A stretch of DNA of 63,127 nt, counting the filler, from Chrysochromulina tobinii (lineage: Eukaryota): the NCBI GenBank assembly GCA_001275005.1. It is 8 parts of 8 records of this genome, joined end to end, with 100 filler letters (N's around TTAATTAATTAA, not from the genome) between each part and the next. Parts side by side here need not be neighbours in the genome. Positions count along the whole stretch, not along the records: positions 19,905 to 35,835 come from JWZX01000919.1; positions 35,936 to 40,505 come from JWZX01000920.1; positions 40,606 to 53,949 come from JWZX01000922.1; 5 more parts are not named here. One strand, given 5' to 3'. The notes below the pieces were generated by a model that saw only the letters and a program-made list of their open reading frames with translations, did no database searches and was not told the DNA's origin. Every line of letters begins with the position of its first letter. The first letter of the stretch is position 1. The position numbers and the translations under genes are program-made. Shown piece by piece: positions 34,371 to 45,857 of the stretch.

Positions 34371-35003
34371 ATGGCTAGTCGACAGGGCGTTGCAGGGGCT
34401 CCGACCCTCACGGAGGCGCCCACGGGATGCTCCCATGCTGTTTGCGGCCTGGTCGAGAAGAACGAAGAAGTGGGCACGGGTAAGAAGATGACGTACACGC
34501 TCACTGTCAATGTGGGCGAGGAGCTGCCGCTGATTCTAGCCAGCACTGTGGCTGTTGATGTCGGTGCCCGCATTGTAGTGGCACTGGCTGGATCATGCAT
34601 CGGCGATGTCGAGGTGTCGGCACCCACAATTTGCGACGCGCAGATGCTCGGCTGGACCGGTCCATCGAGCGCGGGTCCAGCGCTGCTGCCAAAGACCTTC
34701 AACCCAGGCGATGATGCCCCCAAAGATCGGCCAAAGGCAGGCAAAGCGACCGCCGCCCTGGACAAGTTGGGCAACGTGGAGGTCGCCGAAGGCGTGGACG
34801 CACTCTTTGTCTCCAAGAAGAAGCTCACCAAGGAGGAAAAGGAGATCGAGAAGCTTGAGAAGGCGGCAGCGAAAGGCGATGAAAAGGCAGCGACCAAGCT
34901 GCAACATCTCAAAGTGAGGCAGGCGATTGCCGCCAAGCGCGCTGCAGGCGAGGAGGTCTTCACGGACGACGAGCTCGAGGCCGCTGGGTTGAGTGCCCCG
35001 TAG
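34371..35003 (+). CDS. Putative OB-fold tRNA-binding-domain-like protein with charged C-terminus
   Basis: LTVNVGEELPL...VGARIVVALAGSCIG...ICDAQMLGW resembles the PheRS-beta/Trbp OB fold; ATG at 34371. Confidence 0.55.
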   Translation: MASRQGVAGAPTLTEAPTGCSHAVCGLVEKNEEVGTGKKMTYTLTVNVGEELPLILASTVAVDVGARIVVALAGSCIGDVEVSAPTICDAQMLGWTGPSSAGPALLPKTFNPGDDAPKDRPKAGKATAALDKLGNVEVAEGVDALFVSKKKLTKEEKEIEKLEKAAAKGDEKAATKLQHLKVRQAIAAKRAAGEEVFTDDELEAAGLSAP

Positions 35004-36472
35004 CTGGATGGCACTTTCGGAAGCCGCAGGGGGGCGCAATGCGCCCAAGCGCCTGAGAGGAGGCGGTGGCACTCTGGATCGATTTCTAAATCGAATGCAC
35101 GATTGTACACGCCGCCCGTACGCCGCGTGGCCCGAACTGCCGCTCCGTAAGCCGCTCCGGCAACGGAAAGAGCTACATGAGCGATGTGCAATTTTCACGT
35201 GTCAACGAGAGCGGTTCTGAGGTCAGGTCGGACCGCTGAGGAAATGACGCTTTTTTTTGCCCAGGAGGTGTCCAGAGGGTGTTTCGAGACTCCCTGGAGT
35301 TAGTACGGGGCCCTCGGAGGCGCGGGGGGTTTAGGGGGGCTTAAAGGAAGAATCCGATTTCCGAAACGAACGGGACGTCGTTCCTGCAGCGATTCGGGCC
35401 GGCCCGAATCGCAGAAATTCTTTTTTTGATTTTTTGGGAAGGTGTTTCCCTGCAACGAGACGCCGAGGTCGAGAGTTTTTGGAGTTTTGGAGTTTTTTTT
35501 GTTTTTTCGTGTGTTTTCCATGGGAGTTGGTTTCGGGTAGGGGAGTGTTCCTTTAAAAACAAAAATCGTGAAACGAAGGCCTTCGGAAATAGGGAATTTG
35601 AAGGGAAATCGTGTTTCGAAGGCGCTCGCGCCGGCGCCTGGTCCATGGCGCACCTGAGCATCATCGACGCGGTTGCGTGAGCGGAGCGACTTGTTAAGCT
35701 CGCGACCGCCCGGCTCGTACTCGGAGACGAAGGAGTACTACGAGGTTATCCTGAAGGAGTCAATCGTCTTCCTCAAGACCAACGACAAGCGTGGCACCTC
35801 CGTCTTTCTGGTGAAGCCGAGCTTGAAGCCGTGCCNNNNNNNNNNNNNNNNNNNNNNNNNNNNNNNNNNNNNNNNNNNNTTAATTAATTAANNNNNNNNN
35901 NNNNNNNNNNNNNNNNNNNNNNNNNNNNNNNNNNNTTTATCGAGATCTGGGCGTGCGCTGACTCACGCAAGGAGCCCATTGACATTCAAACGGCACGCCG
36001 TGAAGACAAGGGAACTCTTTTTTGTTCGGTAATAATTCAAGTATTCAAAGCGTGTATTCAACTTCCCCGCATTGTGTCTAAAGTACCCGGTAAGAGCTCC
36101 TCACCACCGAAACGAGAAACGACAAACGGGGGTGGGGAAGCCGGCGGTAGCACTCTAAACATGTCGTGTCGTGTCGCGACATTTGCCTACAGCCAGTGTG
36201 CCCCGTGAAGACATCTGAGGTAAACGTCACCCTGGCGCGTGCCCTTACAGTCCGTGCTAGTTACCTATAATGTTGTGCGATTCGCCGGCCGGTGCGAATC
36301 CCGTCGCGCGAGCCCCGTCGCGCCGTGTGTTCGTTTTTCAACGATCTTGACGAAACGGATTGACGAAAGAGTTCGCAGGAAAAGCACCGAAACAATAACA
36401 CTACTGTAGGAAACTAGGTTTCTGATTGTCCGATTCTCCCCGTGCTCGCCGCGCAGGTCCGTCGCGCGTGAC

Positions 36473-39202
36473 ATGCTTGCCGCTCGACTTGCACGCTGCG
36501 CCCACGTGTTTCGCATCGGCGCCAGCATTCATGCGCCAAAGCTACAGTTTGCCGGCACGATCGTCAAGATGGGTCTGGTCACGAGCTTTGTGGCAGTGTG
36601 CAACGCCACATCAAAGTGCATGGATACAACGCAAGTGGACGAGGTGGACATCGTGATGCGTGAGCTGCTTGGCGCTGCTTCTGCAGCACGAGCTGATGCT
36701 GAGGTACAGCAAGGTGCTGTCTCTGGTGGCCCGCCTTCTGACTCTGAGAGTTCATCCGAAGACGAATACGAGGGCGACTTTGATGACAGCCCTGGAGGTG
36801 ATGAGCCGTTCACGACGCCAGTGTGGGGCCTGCGCCCCGGCCCTGCAAAGCACGACCTGCTTGGTGCGGGCACGATCATTGCCATCCATGACAGCGAGCA
36901 GACACTCAGCGGAATCACAGTCGCATTCAGTGCTCAGAATGCAGGAAAGGTGCTTTTCAAGTGGAGCGCCAAGGAGGGTCGCCAGTGGAAGGAGAAGCAG
37001 CGCTGGGTTTTCGCTGATGCATGCGAGCAGGAGCAGTCGGCCCAGGCTGCAAGCGGCTCAGCCAATGCCTCAGCAGACGAGGATGATCACCATCCCACAG
37101 CCTTCGATGAAATGCTGCAGGGAGCGGCTCAGCCCCACGCCTTCACCCAGGGACTCACCGAGCCTGAGCTGGCTGCGCATGAACGGAAGCGAAAGGTGGC
37201 TCGCCTCAAAGAGGCACCCGTGCGTGGGCGCAACAAGCTTGGACGCAAGACAAAAGAGCCCGTCATTGCCCCGCTCATCCGTGTGGAGGCATTTCCAAAT
37301 CAGAGCCTTGCTGTTGAGAACGGCAAGCTGCGCTGCAAGGCCTGCAAGTACGATTGCTCTCTTCGCCTGAGCTCTCTGAAGGCACATCTCAGCTCTGTTG
37401 CGCACAAGGAGAAGCTCGAGAAGTACTTCGACTCTTTGGTCAATGATGATGACCTCGCTGGGCTAATCACTCGCTTCTATGAAAAAAACCCGGGCACCGA
37501 AGGCGCTACGGTAGCTACGGACACTCACGTTTACCGCTGGCATGTGATGGAGAGTTTGATGTATGCAGGAATACCTTATGCCAAAGCAGACATGATTCGC
37601 CCTCTTCTTGAGCGTGCGAGCCATCCGTTGGCGGATTCGGCACACCTGGGACGAATATACATACCACTAATCCAAGAGCGTGAGCTCAAGCGGCTTCGCA
37701 AGGAACTGCTCAAGCAGTGGTTTGCGCTGATTTTTGATGGCACGACTCGACTTGGGGAGGCGATCAACATGGTCACCCGCAGCATCACCGACGAGTTTCA
37801 TATTTGCATGCGCTTGGTCGCCTTTAAAACACTCAAGGTGCATGCGGATGGGCCAGGACTCTATCGCCTCATTCTGAAGACGCTGCAGATGGACCTCGGC
37901 TTCAACCTCGATGATTGCGTTGCCTGGGGACGCGACAGTTGTGCCACCAACGGTGTCGCCGTTGAGAACCTGATGCCACATTCAACCAACGCGGTCAGCA
38001 TGCTATGCTTTGCGCACACGCTGCACAATAGTGGGAAGCATCTCAACCTGTCTGTCCTGGACGAGTTCATGACACCATGGCTACAATTGGTGGCCCAGCC
38101 TGGCGCAGCAAAGCTGCGATGGCAAGCTATTCTCGGCGGCTCCATGGCGAGCTACAGCAAGGTGCGCTGGTGGAGCCGTTGGGACATCATGAATGAGATC
38201 GCCACTAACTTTGGCGCCATTCCGCAGTTCATTGCCAGCCTTGATGCCGATGGCATTGGTGATGCGACTACACAAAAGATGCTCGACGTTGTTACCAATC
38301 GGCGCTCGACGCTTGAGCTTGAACTCGCTGCTGTGATGAGCTGCGAACGTCTATGCAAAGCGACGTACCGCCTCGAAGGTGACCGGCTTGAGCTTCTCCT
38401 GGTGCATCAGACCATCGAGGGACTGCGAGCATTTGGAGCTACTTTGGGCCACAATGCCAGCGATCTGCCAAGTGTGGCCGCACTGCTGCGACAGCGCCAT
38501 ATAATTGCCAAAGGAACTGAGGTCTATGAATGGTTCGAGGCGCCTCATAACCAATGGTTTCACGGCAAAGTCACCCGCATGCCAACTATGCAAAAGCCCA
38601 CCTATGAGGTCTCGTACTCCGATGGAACCAAAATTGAGAACTCCGAGTTGGAGCTGCGAAATTGGATTGAAGTTCGCAACCTTCCAGGGTGGCAGACAGC
38701 TGTGGATTCCATCAAGGAGGCGTACACATATATCGAAAATCGAATAACGGACAACTGCCAAGCCCCATATCACTGCTCAGGTCCATACGAGGTGTGCCGC
38801 GTCAGCCAGCTGTTTGACCCCTCATTTGCCACTGTCCAACTGTCGCCTCAGTTCGTCGATGAGCTTTGCGGCACAGTCCCTGCTCTCAAAGACAAGGCTG
38901 CCATGCTGAAGGCAGAGTTGGAGACGTATCGCACAGCTGCGCGAGCTGCGGCGCCGATGGATTACATGGATGTGAAAACATTCACCGAGGGTGTGCTCAG
39001 CTTTTGGCGCATGCAGGGCACTAAGATGCCAGAGTGGCGCAAGGCAGCTAAGATTGTATTTACAATCCCACCTACCTCGGCAGCCAGCGAGCGAGTCTTC
39101 TCGCTTCTTGAGGCTATGTTCGGCGCGGAACACGATGCGGCACTCTCGGATCTCATCCAGGGTTCACTCATGCTGCGCTACAATGACCGCAAGGTGGGCT
39201 GA
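36473..39202 (+). mobile_element. hAT-superfamily DDE transposase (intact ORF) with N-terminal Zn finger
   Basis: Motifs CKACK...LKAHLSSVAH, LIFDGTT, RDSCATN, CFAHTLH, VRWWSRW and FW...W.KAAKIVFTIPPTSAASERVFS; TGTYGCRACA-like motifs near 36168 and 39385-39438 could be subterminal repeats. Confidence 0.88.
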
Positions 39203-39283
39203 GCCTCATGAGCCCGCCCTCCCAATTGAGCCCTGTGTGTGAGAAGCGAGACTGTAGACGAGTGGCTTGGCGCGGCCTAGTGG

Positions 39284-39322
<39 letters not shown>

Positions 39323-39509
39323 CATGGCAGGAAATGGCAGGCAGGCCGGTGCAGGAATAGTGCGGGAACACAAATGTCATGTCATGTTGCGACACTTGCC
39401 TATGAATGTGTGTGTAAATGTCTATGTTGTGTCGCAACATATGCCTAAGATATTATGATTTAAGACATAGACATTTGCCTAAAAAATTTCGACATCTACG
39501 CAAAGGGCA

Positions 39510-40240
39510 AAGCGGGATGAACTTGTCTTCATACGCGCTCGAGCCATCGCAATTCTGTCTGGCGAGAAGTGTGCCAGCATGTTGTGGACCATGTCGTTCG
39601 CCGCTGCGGTCGTCGAGGCAGCGAGGTAGGCATCGGCACGCGTCTGGTGGTACTTGATGAGGCTTTTGCGTCGGTGTCCACCCTCGACAAAAGTAACCTT
39701 GCCTCCGTCGGGTAGGACGAGGTGACGCTCATCGTTAAAGTACGACCGGATGCCATCGCGCTCGAATGCAGCGTTGCAAGAGAACAGGTCTGTGTTGAGC
39801 CCGGGCACCACGAGCACATCGGTGAGGGTCATCACAGTCGCACAGTTCTCGTGCTTGTTCGTCTTGCGTCTGTAGCGGGCGTTCACGGTGACGTCCATCT
39901 CACCCACGTGCGTAGCACGGATGACGTGACCGTTAGCAACACGGACATCGCGCCCGCGTGGGTTGGTGGCCGTGATGCGAGAGAGCTTAAGAGCATTGTC
40001 CACCATATGGCTAGTGGCGCCGCTGTCGATGAGCATCTCTGCGACTCCATCGTGGTGGCCGTGCATCGGGGTCATCAAGCCAGATGCGATCCTATCACCG
40101 AGGAAGGCAAATTCCGCCGGCATGATGGAAGTGTCGACACACGAGAAGGTAAAGCACGGCTCCGCTTCGATGTGCTGGTTGAGCAGGGAACCTGCCACGG
40201 CGCCGATGGCGGCAGCGGTGGCTAGCGACGTCGGGCCCAA
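39510..40240 (-). mobile_element. Ty1/copia LTR-retrotransposon fragment (protease and pre-integrase region)
   Basis: MLIDSGATSHM, VRVANG, LTDVLVVPGLNTDLFS and VHNMLAHFS; the ORF breaks off at the hAT flank. Confidence 0.8.
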
Positions 40241-40977
40241 GTGACGGGCATTATTCGGCGGCGCAGCCTGGGTCGGAGGGGCGAGGGCATATCCCGTCTG
40301 AGCCCCCGCGACGACCAGGATGGTGGCGAGGCGGCGAGGCGTGGGCAGGTAGCGCCGAGATGCGGCGACAGCCAGAAGAACACCGACGAGGGCGAATCCA
40401 GCGCAGGCGACTACGGGGGGTGTGGTGTAGTTTATTACTCAAATCGGTGTAGTTTATTACTCAACGCATTTCAATGCATGTTTGCGCATTCTAATGCATT
40501 TGAATNNNNNNNNNNNNNNNNNNNNNNNNNNNNNNNNNNNNNNNNNNNNTTAATTAATTAANNNNNNNNNNNNNNNNNNNNNNNNNNNNNNNNNNNNNNN
40601 NNNNNTGTGCACAGGCAGCAGCACGGGCGGTTGTAAACATAGGAGCCGGGGCTGCGCCGCGGCGTGGACCTTCGAAATGCTCATGGCTAGCAGGGCGCAT
40701 GCGCAGGAGCGGCAGGGAAGCACCAACATACCCTTCATTTGATTTTCGACCATCTGCTGAAATGAGCTTGGTGCCCTCAATGAAGCTCGCTTCAGCGCGC
40801 ACGCTTCGAGCTCGGGGAAGCGGTACCGGACCCGGACGGTGGGTCGATTTAGCATCCCTGAAAGCCTCGCGCCCCCGTATGTACGCGCTCGGCCGCGCGG
40901 GACGGCCGCGAAGTCGCCATTTTACAGCGAAAAGGTGGTCGAAAACCAAATTAGCCCTTCATAGTGAATGCAGCGAA

Positions 40978-42336
40978 ATGTTAGGACTAATGGCATCCCT
41001 GAAGGCATCCCCTCGGCTGGTGCTTCACTTTGATATCAACGAGACCATCATGCTCGGCGACCCGGCGGGCGGTGACTCGTACGAGGATACTCTGCACAAG
41101 GTGATTGCCAAAGTTGCTTTCGTGCGCCCCAACCCAGCGGCCGGTACCGCTGAGGGCCGCTGGACCGAGTACGTGTGGCACGATGGCTCTCCGCTAGACC
41201 CGTTGTGCCGCGAGGTGGGCGCGCCGCCTCCGCCACTGTTCTTTGACTGGCATCTGCCCGAAGGCGTGACCGCATTCTACAAGGTCCACGCGCTCAAGCA
41301 GTTCGCCAAGTGCTTCGCGACGCCTGGATCGCCTGGCGAGATCTACGCGGCCGAGCTGGAGCGTTTGCGGGACGCGCTCCGCTGGCCCGAGGGCACGCCT
41401 CCCGACCCACGCCTGAGCGCCGACGGTTACTACACCTTCCTTCCCGCCTTCTTCCACACGCTGAGCGAGCTCGCGGCGGGAGATCGCGACTTTTCGATCG
41501 TGTTGAGAACCTTCGGGACGGACCTGCCCCACGTGGCCGCCGCCGTCAGCGCCTTTGCCGACGGCGAGCACCCGCTGTGGAAGGGCCAAAAGTTCCCCTC
41601 GCTCCGGCTGCGGGCTCGCGACCTGTGGAGTGGCCGATACGGCGCCGAGACGGGCGCTTTCACGCTGCGTCGGCCGCACACAGACGAGCGCCATGACGAG
41701 CGCGTGAGCTCCGCGAGGGCGGCCGCGCTCGCCGCGCTCGCCGCGGCAGACGAGGACGGCACACCCGTCGAGCCGCGCACGCTCGCCACGGATCTCGAGG
41801 TCGCCGCTGAGCTGAGTGGCGCCCGACACGACGCTGAGCTGCGTGGCGCCCGACACGACGCTGAGCTGCGTGGCGCTCCTGCCCCGTCCGATCGGAGCGC
41901 CGTGTCGGGCGTTCCTCGCGCGCCGCGAGGCTCCATCTGTGGCGTGACCGACCACTACGAGTGGTGGCGGGAACGAGAGTACGCACCCTCTGCGGGCAAG
42001 CCGTTCTTCTGGACGCTCGATGACGTGACGACGCACACTCTCTTCTTCGATGACAACATCCACAACGACCCCGACGATTCGATCGTGGCGGTGCGCGCTC
42101 GCCGCGACGCGTCCTCGCCCTACCACCCGCTCTCAGGCGACGCGACGCGCAAACTGCACGGGCTGATGCTGCGCAAGGTGCCCACTATCAAGCCCATCCT
42201 CGAGCGCGGCTGGTTCCTCGAGCAGCTCGCCGCCTCCGAGGCGAAGCTGGCGGCGATGCGCAGTGCCGAGGTGGACGGCGGCGAGCGAGATGATGGCCTC
42301 CTCGCTGAGATTCGCGCGATGCTGCCTTGCGCTTAA
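40978..42336 (+). CDS. Conserved hypothetical protein, HAD-like motifs
   Basis: Motifs LVLHFDINETIM, FSIVLRTFGTDL, GKP and LFFDDNI. Confidence 0.7.
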   Translation: MLGLMASLKASPRLVLHFDINETIMLGDPAGGDSYEDTLHKVIAKVAFVRPNPAAGTAEGRWTEYVWHDGSPLDPLCREVGAPPPPLFFDWHLPEGVTAFYKVHALKQFAKCFATPGSPGEIYAAELERLRDALRWPEGTPPDPRLSADGYYTFLPAFFHTLSELAAGDRDFSIVLRTFGTDLPHVAAAVSAFADGEHPLWKGQKFPSLRLRARDLWSGRYGAETGAFTLRRPHTDERHDERVSSARAAALAALAAADEDGTPVEPRTLATDLEVAAELSGARHDAELRGARHDAELRGAPAPSDRSAVSGVPRAPRGSICGVTDHYEWWREREYAPSAGKPFFWTLDDVTTHTLFFDDNIHNDPDDSIVAVRARRDASSPYHPLSGDATRKLHGLMLRKVPTIKPILERGWFLEQLAASEAKLAAMRSAEVDGGERDDGLLAEIRAMLPCA

Positions 42337-42475
42337 AGGTGCGACCGTTGCATGCGGGAACAGTTATAAAAATACTTAAGTTTGCGGCGTCGCCGTTACA
42401 AGCCGCCGCCCGAGGCAGCCACACCCAGCCCCTGTGCCCGAGGCCTCTCTTTTGAACTCGTCTCCACCGAACGGC

Positions 42476-43147
42476 ATGTTCGCGCAGGATGGGCAAATCG
42501 ATCGCATCGTCGCGAAGCTCAAGCAGTTTCTTGGCGACAGTTCGGACAACTTGAAGAAAGCGTTCGACTTCATCGACAAAGACCGGAGCAACGCGCTGTC
42601 GCAAGATGAGTTCGTGGTCGTCCTCAAAGAGGCTGGGATCACTTTGCCGCCGCATATGCTCACGGCTGTGGTGTCGCGCTTCGACCCAACCGGCGATGGT
42701 TCCATCTCGATTCCAGAATTCATGGCCTTCATGAATGGCAACACCGACCAGATGGAGGCGCTGCGCAGCTCTGCATCCCCATCCAAAAAGGGACACCCCC
42801 TTAACCCTTCCCCACCCAACAATTCGCAACGCCAGCAGATGAGCTTGTTCGCTACTCAGCCGCGCTCGCGCGCCGCTGCCCGCCCCGCGACGAGCGGAAA
42901 CGGCTCCACCTTTGAGGTCTTCCTGTCACGCATGGATGGCGACATTGAGTCCCGTCGTAGGACGTCCTTTGTCCGCGAGCTACAAAAGGACCCGCGCTTC
43001 GAGTCGCGCATGCTGGAGCCAGCGAAGCCAAAGTTCCAACTCGTCGAGCTCGGCAACGGCCCCATCATCAAGACGGTGAATGCGAGGCGCACGGGTCTTG
43101 AGACGGGGAGGTCCTTCAAGTGGGGGCCACTGGGCGGCTACTACTGA
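42476..43147 (+). CDS. EF-hand calcium-binding protein
   Basis: Two EF-hand loops, DKDRSNALSQDE and DPTGDGSISIPE. Confidence 0.8.
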   Translation: MFAQDGQIDRIVAKLKQFLGDSSDNLKKAFDFIDKDRSNALSQDEFVVVLKEAGITLPPHMLTAVVSRFDPTGDGSISIPEFMAFMNGNTDQMEALRSSASPSKKGHPLNPSPPNNSQRQQMSLFATQPRSRAAARPATSGNGSTFEVFLSRMDGDIESRRRTSFVRELQKDPRFESRMLEPAKPKFQLVELGNGPIIKTVNARRTGLETGRSFKWGPLGGYY

Positions 43148-43346
43148 AAGTCGGCTCCGAGAAATCCGACCGACAGGGCATGCGTTCTTCGCCGTGTTTG
43201 CAGCGTCCTGAGTGCCATACGTAGAGCGAGTACGTGCAATAAACGGTGTGCTGTGAATTCTCCCATTGCGGGTTCAGCGGGTTGCATGCAGCGTGTGAGA
43301 CTCGGGTGGCAAGAACTTCGAAGCAGTTCGAAGACCCTTTTGTGCA

Positions 43347-45857
43347 ATGATTGGGCAGCCAATGCTTCCCGACCAACGTAACACGATAGCGGCGCAATGT
43401 TTGCAGGCAGTCCATCGTGGCAACCTCTCGCGTAGCGGCCGCTTCAAGCTTGGCGGTAAGCCCTATTCGGCTGCTCAGCGGCGGCGGCTCGAGGATGCCC
43501 TTTCAGTGGCTGTCAACGCCTCGCTCGGCCTTGAGCCGCATCAGCGGCTCGCCTTCGTCGCGCGGCACGTCGCATGCCAGAATCACAACCGGCCGCCGCC
43601 CGAGGCGCCCGCGCGCACTGGCAAGCTCAGCGAGCAGCAGCGTGTGGAACTGGAGGCGCTCATGGCGGCGGTGCGGCTTGCCGTGAACGAGTGCAACACG
43701 ATGCGTGGGCTGCCGCTGCGCAACGTGGCGGAGCACCTGTTCGCGCAGCACATAGTGCTGCGCAATCATCTGCGGTACGCCTCCGCCTCCGCCGCCGCAG
43801 CCAGCAAGAGCGAGATCCGCTGCGCCGGGCGGCGACTCGGAATGCGCGGCGGCGCGGCGCGGCATCCGACGATGCAGTTCATCAATCTGCCAGAGCCGCC
43901 GACGCTGCCTGAGATCAAGGAGGCGGAGGTGCGGCGCGAGGCGGCGGAGCGCACCGACCCGGTCACCATCCGGGCGCGCGAGGCAGCCAAGCAGGCCTTC
44001 GCCAAGTACGACAAGGACCTGTCAGGCGCCATCGACTCAGCCGAGCTCTTCGCTTGCCTGATGGCGATGGGCGAGGTGCCCGGCGTCTCGCTCATCGAGC
44101 AGCAGCGGTACCTGAGCGTCGAGTTCGCGAAGGCGGATGCGGACGGCAGTGGCTCCGTCGACTACGACGAGTTCGTCACGTTCTACGTCAAGGTCGTGCG
44201 CGCGCAAGAGGCCGAGAGAGCGGCGCGCGCCGCCTTTGCGCGCTTCGACACGATCGGGGACCACAAGATTGAGAAGAGCGAGCTGTTCCAGGTGCTCGTC
44301 GACCTGGGGATGGCGACGGGCGACACAAAGGAGGAGAAGGAGCGCAGCCTCGAGGAAGAGTTTGCAAAGGCCGACGCTGATAAGAGCGGGTACGTGGACT
44401 TCGATGAGTTCATCGCCTTCTACACGATGATGCGCAAGCGCCTGTGGGGCGCGGAGCTGCAGCACAAGAAGCGGGTGCTCAAGGCGAAAGGCGAGCAGCG
44501 GCGCGCGCGCTCGCAGACGTACGTGCACGACGAGCCCATCTTTGAGATGCTTCGCCTCGGCGACGTCAAGCTCCTCTCCGCGCGTTGGTGGCTGCAGCAC
44601 TCGGGCTACGAGCGCTATGAGAAGGCAGATCGGACCGGGCGCAAGCTCTCGGTGTGGACACCGAAGCGCGACGCGCTGTTGCTGCCCTGCCGCCAGCTGC
44701 TCGAGGCTGAGTCGCCCGAGGCTTACGTGAGCGTCGAGGCGTTGGAGCTGCTCCAGAGCGGATTCCTGACGACGCTCCGCCTCACCCGAGGCGCCGAGAA
44801 GAATGGGGTGGGCGCGCTGCCCATCGTAGTGGCGAGCCACTGCTGGGCCAGCGTGGGCGTGGCCGACCCGCACGGCGTCACGCAGCAGGCGCTGGCCGGG
44901 GAGCTGGCGCGCCACATGGGCGCGTATGAGGCGTGGGGGTACGATGACATGGGCATCTTCTTCGATTGGAGTTCTATCTACCAAGACACGGTGGACGTGC
45001 CGGAGCGCTCGCCCACGCAGGCAGAGTCGGCAGAAAGGGCGCTCAGCCAGATGGCTTTGCTCTATGCGCACAAGCAGACGACGGTCTACGTGGTGAGCCC
45101 GGCACACTGTGAGCCGCCGCGCCTCTCGCGCGGCTGGCCCTGTTACGAGGAAGCTCTTTGTCGCCTCTTCAAAGAGAGTCCGCAGCCCACGCGTTACCGG
45201 CTCCCACACGCAGCACCCACAAACATTTGGGCAAAGGTAGTCCATGTGGGCGTGGAAGACGAGGTGGCGGCGCTCGGAACGCAGCGACCGCCGATGGCGC
45301 CCTCACGCTTCATCCAGGAGCTGTCGACGAAGGTGTTCACGCGCGAGGCCGACCGCGACAAGGTGCTTGCCGACTATCGACGCACCCTTGAGATAGGGTT
45401 CGGGGGCGTCGAGCGGCTCGCGTTCGCACGGCGCGGCTGGGCCGACGAGGAGCTCGAGGAGCTCGCGCTTGTGCTCAAGGAGGTCGACTGCCCGCACGTG
45501 CGTGAGCTCGACCTCTCTGCCAACGACATAACCGCCGAGGGGCTCAAGGTCATCGGCGCGCTGCACGCCCTCGAGATTCTTCGGTTGAGTGACTGCTCAT
45601 GGTTGCAATCGCTGCCCGAATCGCTCATCGAGCTGCACATGCTGCACACGATCAAGCTCGACGGGTGCATTGGCCTCTCGGCGCTGCCAGCGACCTTTGC
45701 CAACATGGCCTCCCTTCGTACGCTCGATGTGACGCACTGCCTCAGGCTCCTCAATCTGAATGGCGACGCGCTCAAGATGCTGCCATCGGCGGTGAATGTC
45801 ATCACCGAGAGGAAGGAGAAGACGGACAAATTGAGCAAGTCGACTCCCGATTCTTGA
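43347..45857 (+). CDS. IQ-like / EF-hand x4 / HET-like / LRR multidomain protein
   Basis: EF-hand loops DKDLSGAIDSAE, DADGSGSVDYDE and DADKSGYVDFDE; HET-like SHCW...DP.G...FFDWSSIYQ...MALLYAH...RGWPCYE; C-terminal LRRs (ELDLSANDI, LRLSDCSWLQSLPESL). Confidence 0.8.
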   Translation: MIGQPMLPDQRNTIAAQCLQAVHRGNLSRSGRFKLGGKPYSAAQRRRLEDALSVAVNASLGLEPHQRLAFVARHVACQNHNRPPPEAPARTGKLSEQQRVELEALMAAVRLAVNECNTMRGLPLRNVAEHLFAQHIVLRNHLRYASASAAAASKSEIRCAGRRLGMRGGAARHPTMQFINLPEPPTLPEIKEAEVRREAAERTDPVTIRAREAAKQAFAKYDKDLSGAIDSAELFACLMAMGEVPGVSLIEQQRYLSVEFAKADADGSGSVDYDEFVTFYVKVVRAQEAERAARAAFARFDTIGDHKIEKSELFQVLVDLGMATGDTKEEKERSLEEEFAKADADKSGYVDFDEFIAFYTMMRKRLWGAELQHKKRVLKAKGEQRRARSQTYVHDEPIFEMLRLGDVKLLSARWWLQHSGYERYEKADRTGRKLSVWTPKRDALLLPCRQLLEAESPEAYVSVEALELLQSGFLTTLRLTRGAEKNGVGALPIVVASHCWASVGVADPHGVTQQALAGELARHMGAYEAWGYDDMGIFFDWSSIYQDTVDVPERSPTQAESAERALSQMALLYAHKQTTVYVVSPAHCEPPRLSRGWPCYEEALCRLFKESPQPTRYRLPHAAPTNIWAKVVHVGVEDEVAALGTQRPPMAPSRFIQELSTKVFTREADRDKVLADYRRTLEIGFGGVERLAFARRGWADEELEELALVLKEVDCPHVRELDLSANDITAEGLKVIGALHALEILRLSDCSWLQSLPESLIELHMLHTIKLDGCIGLSALPATFANMASLRTLDVTHCLRLLNLNGDALKMLPSAVNVITERKEKTDKLSKSTPDS

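Noticed and set aside
35320..35345. GGGTTTAGGG as a telomeric repeat
   Set aside because: A single unit, not a tandem array.
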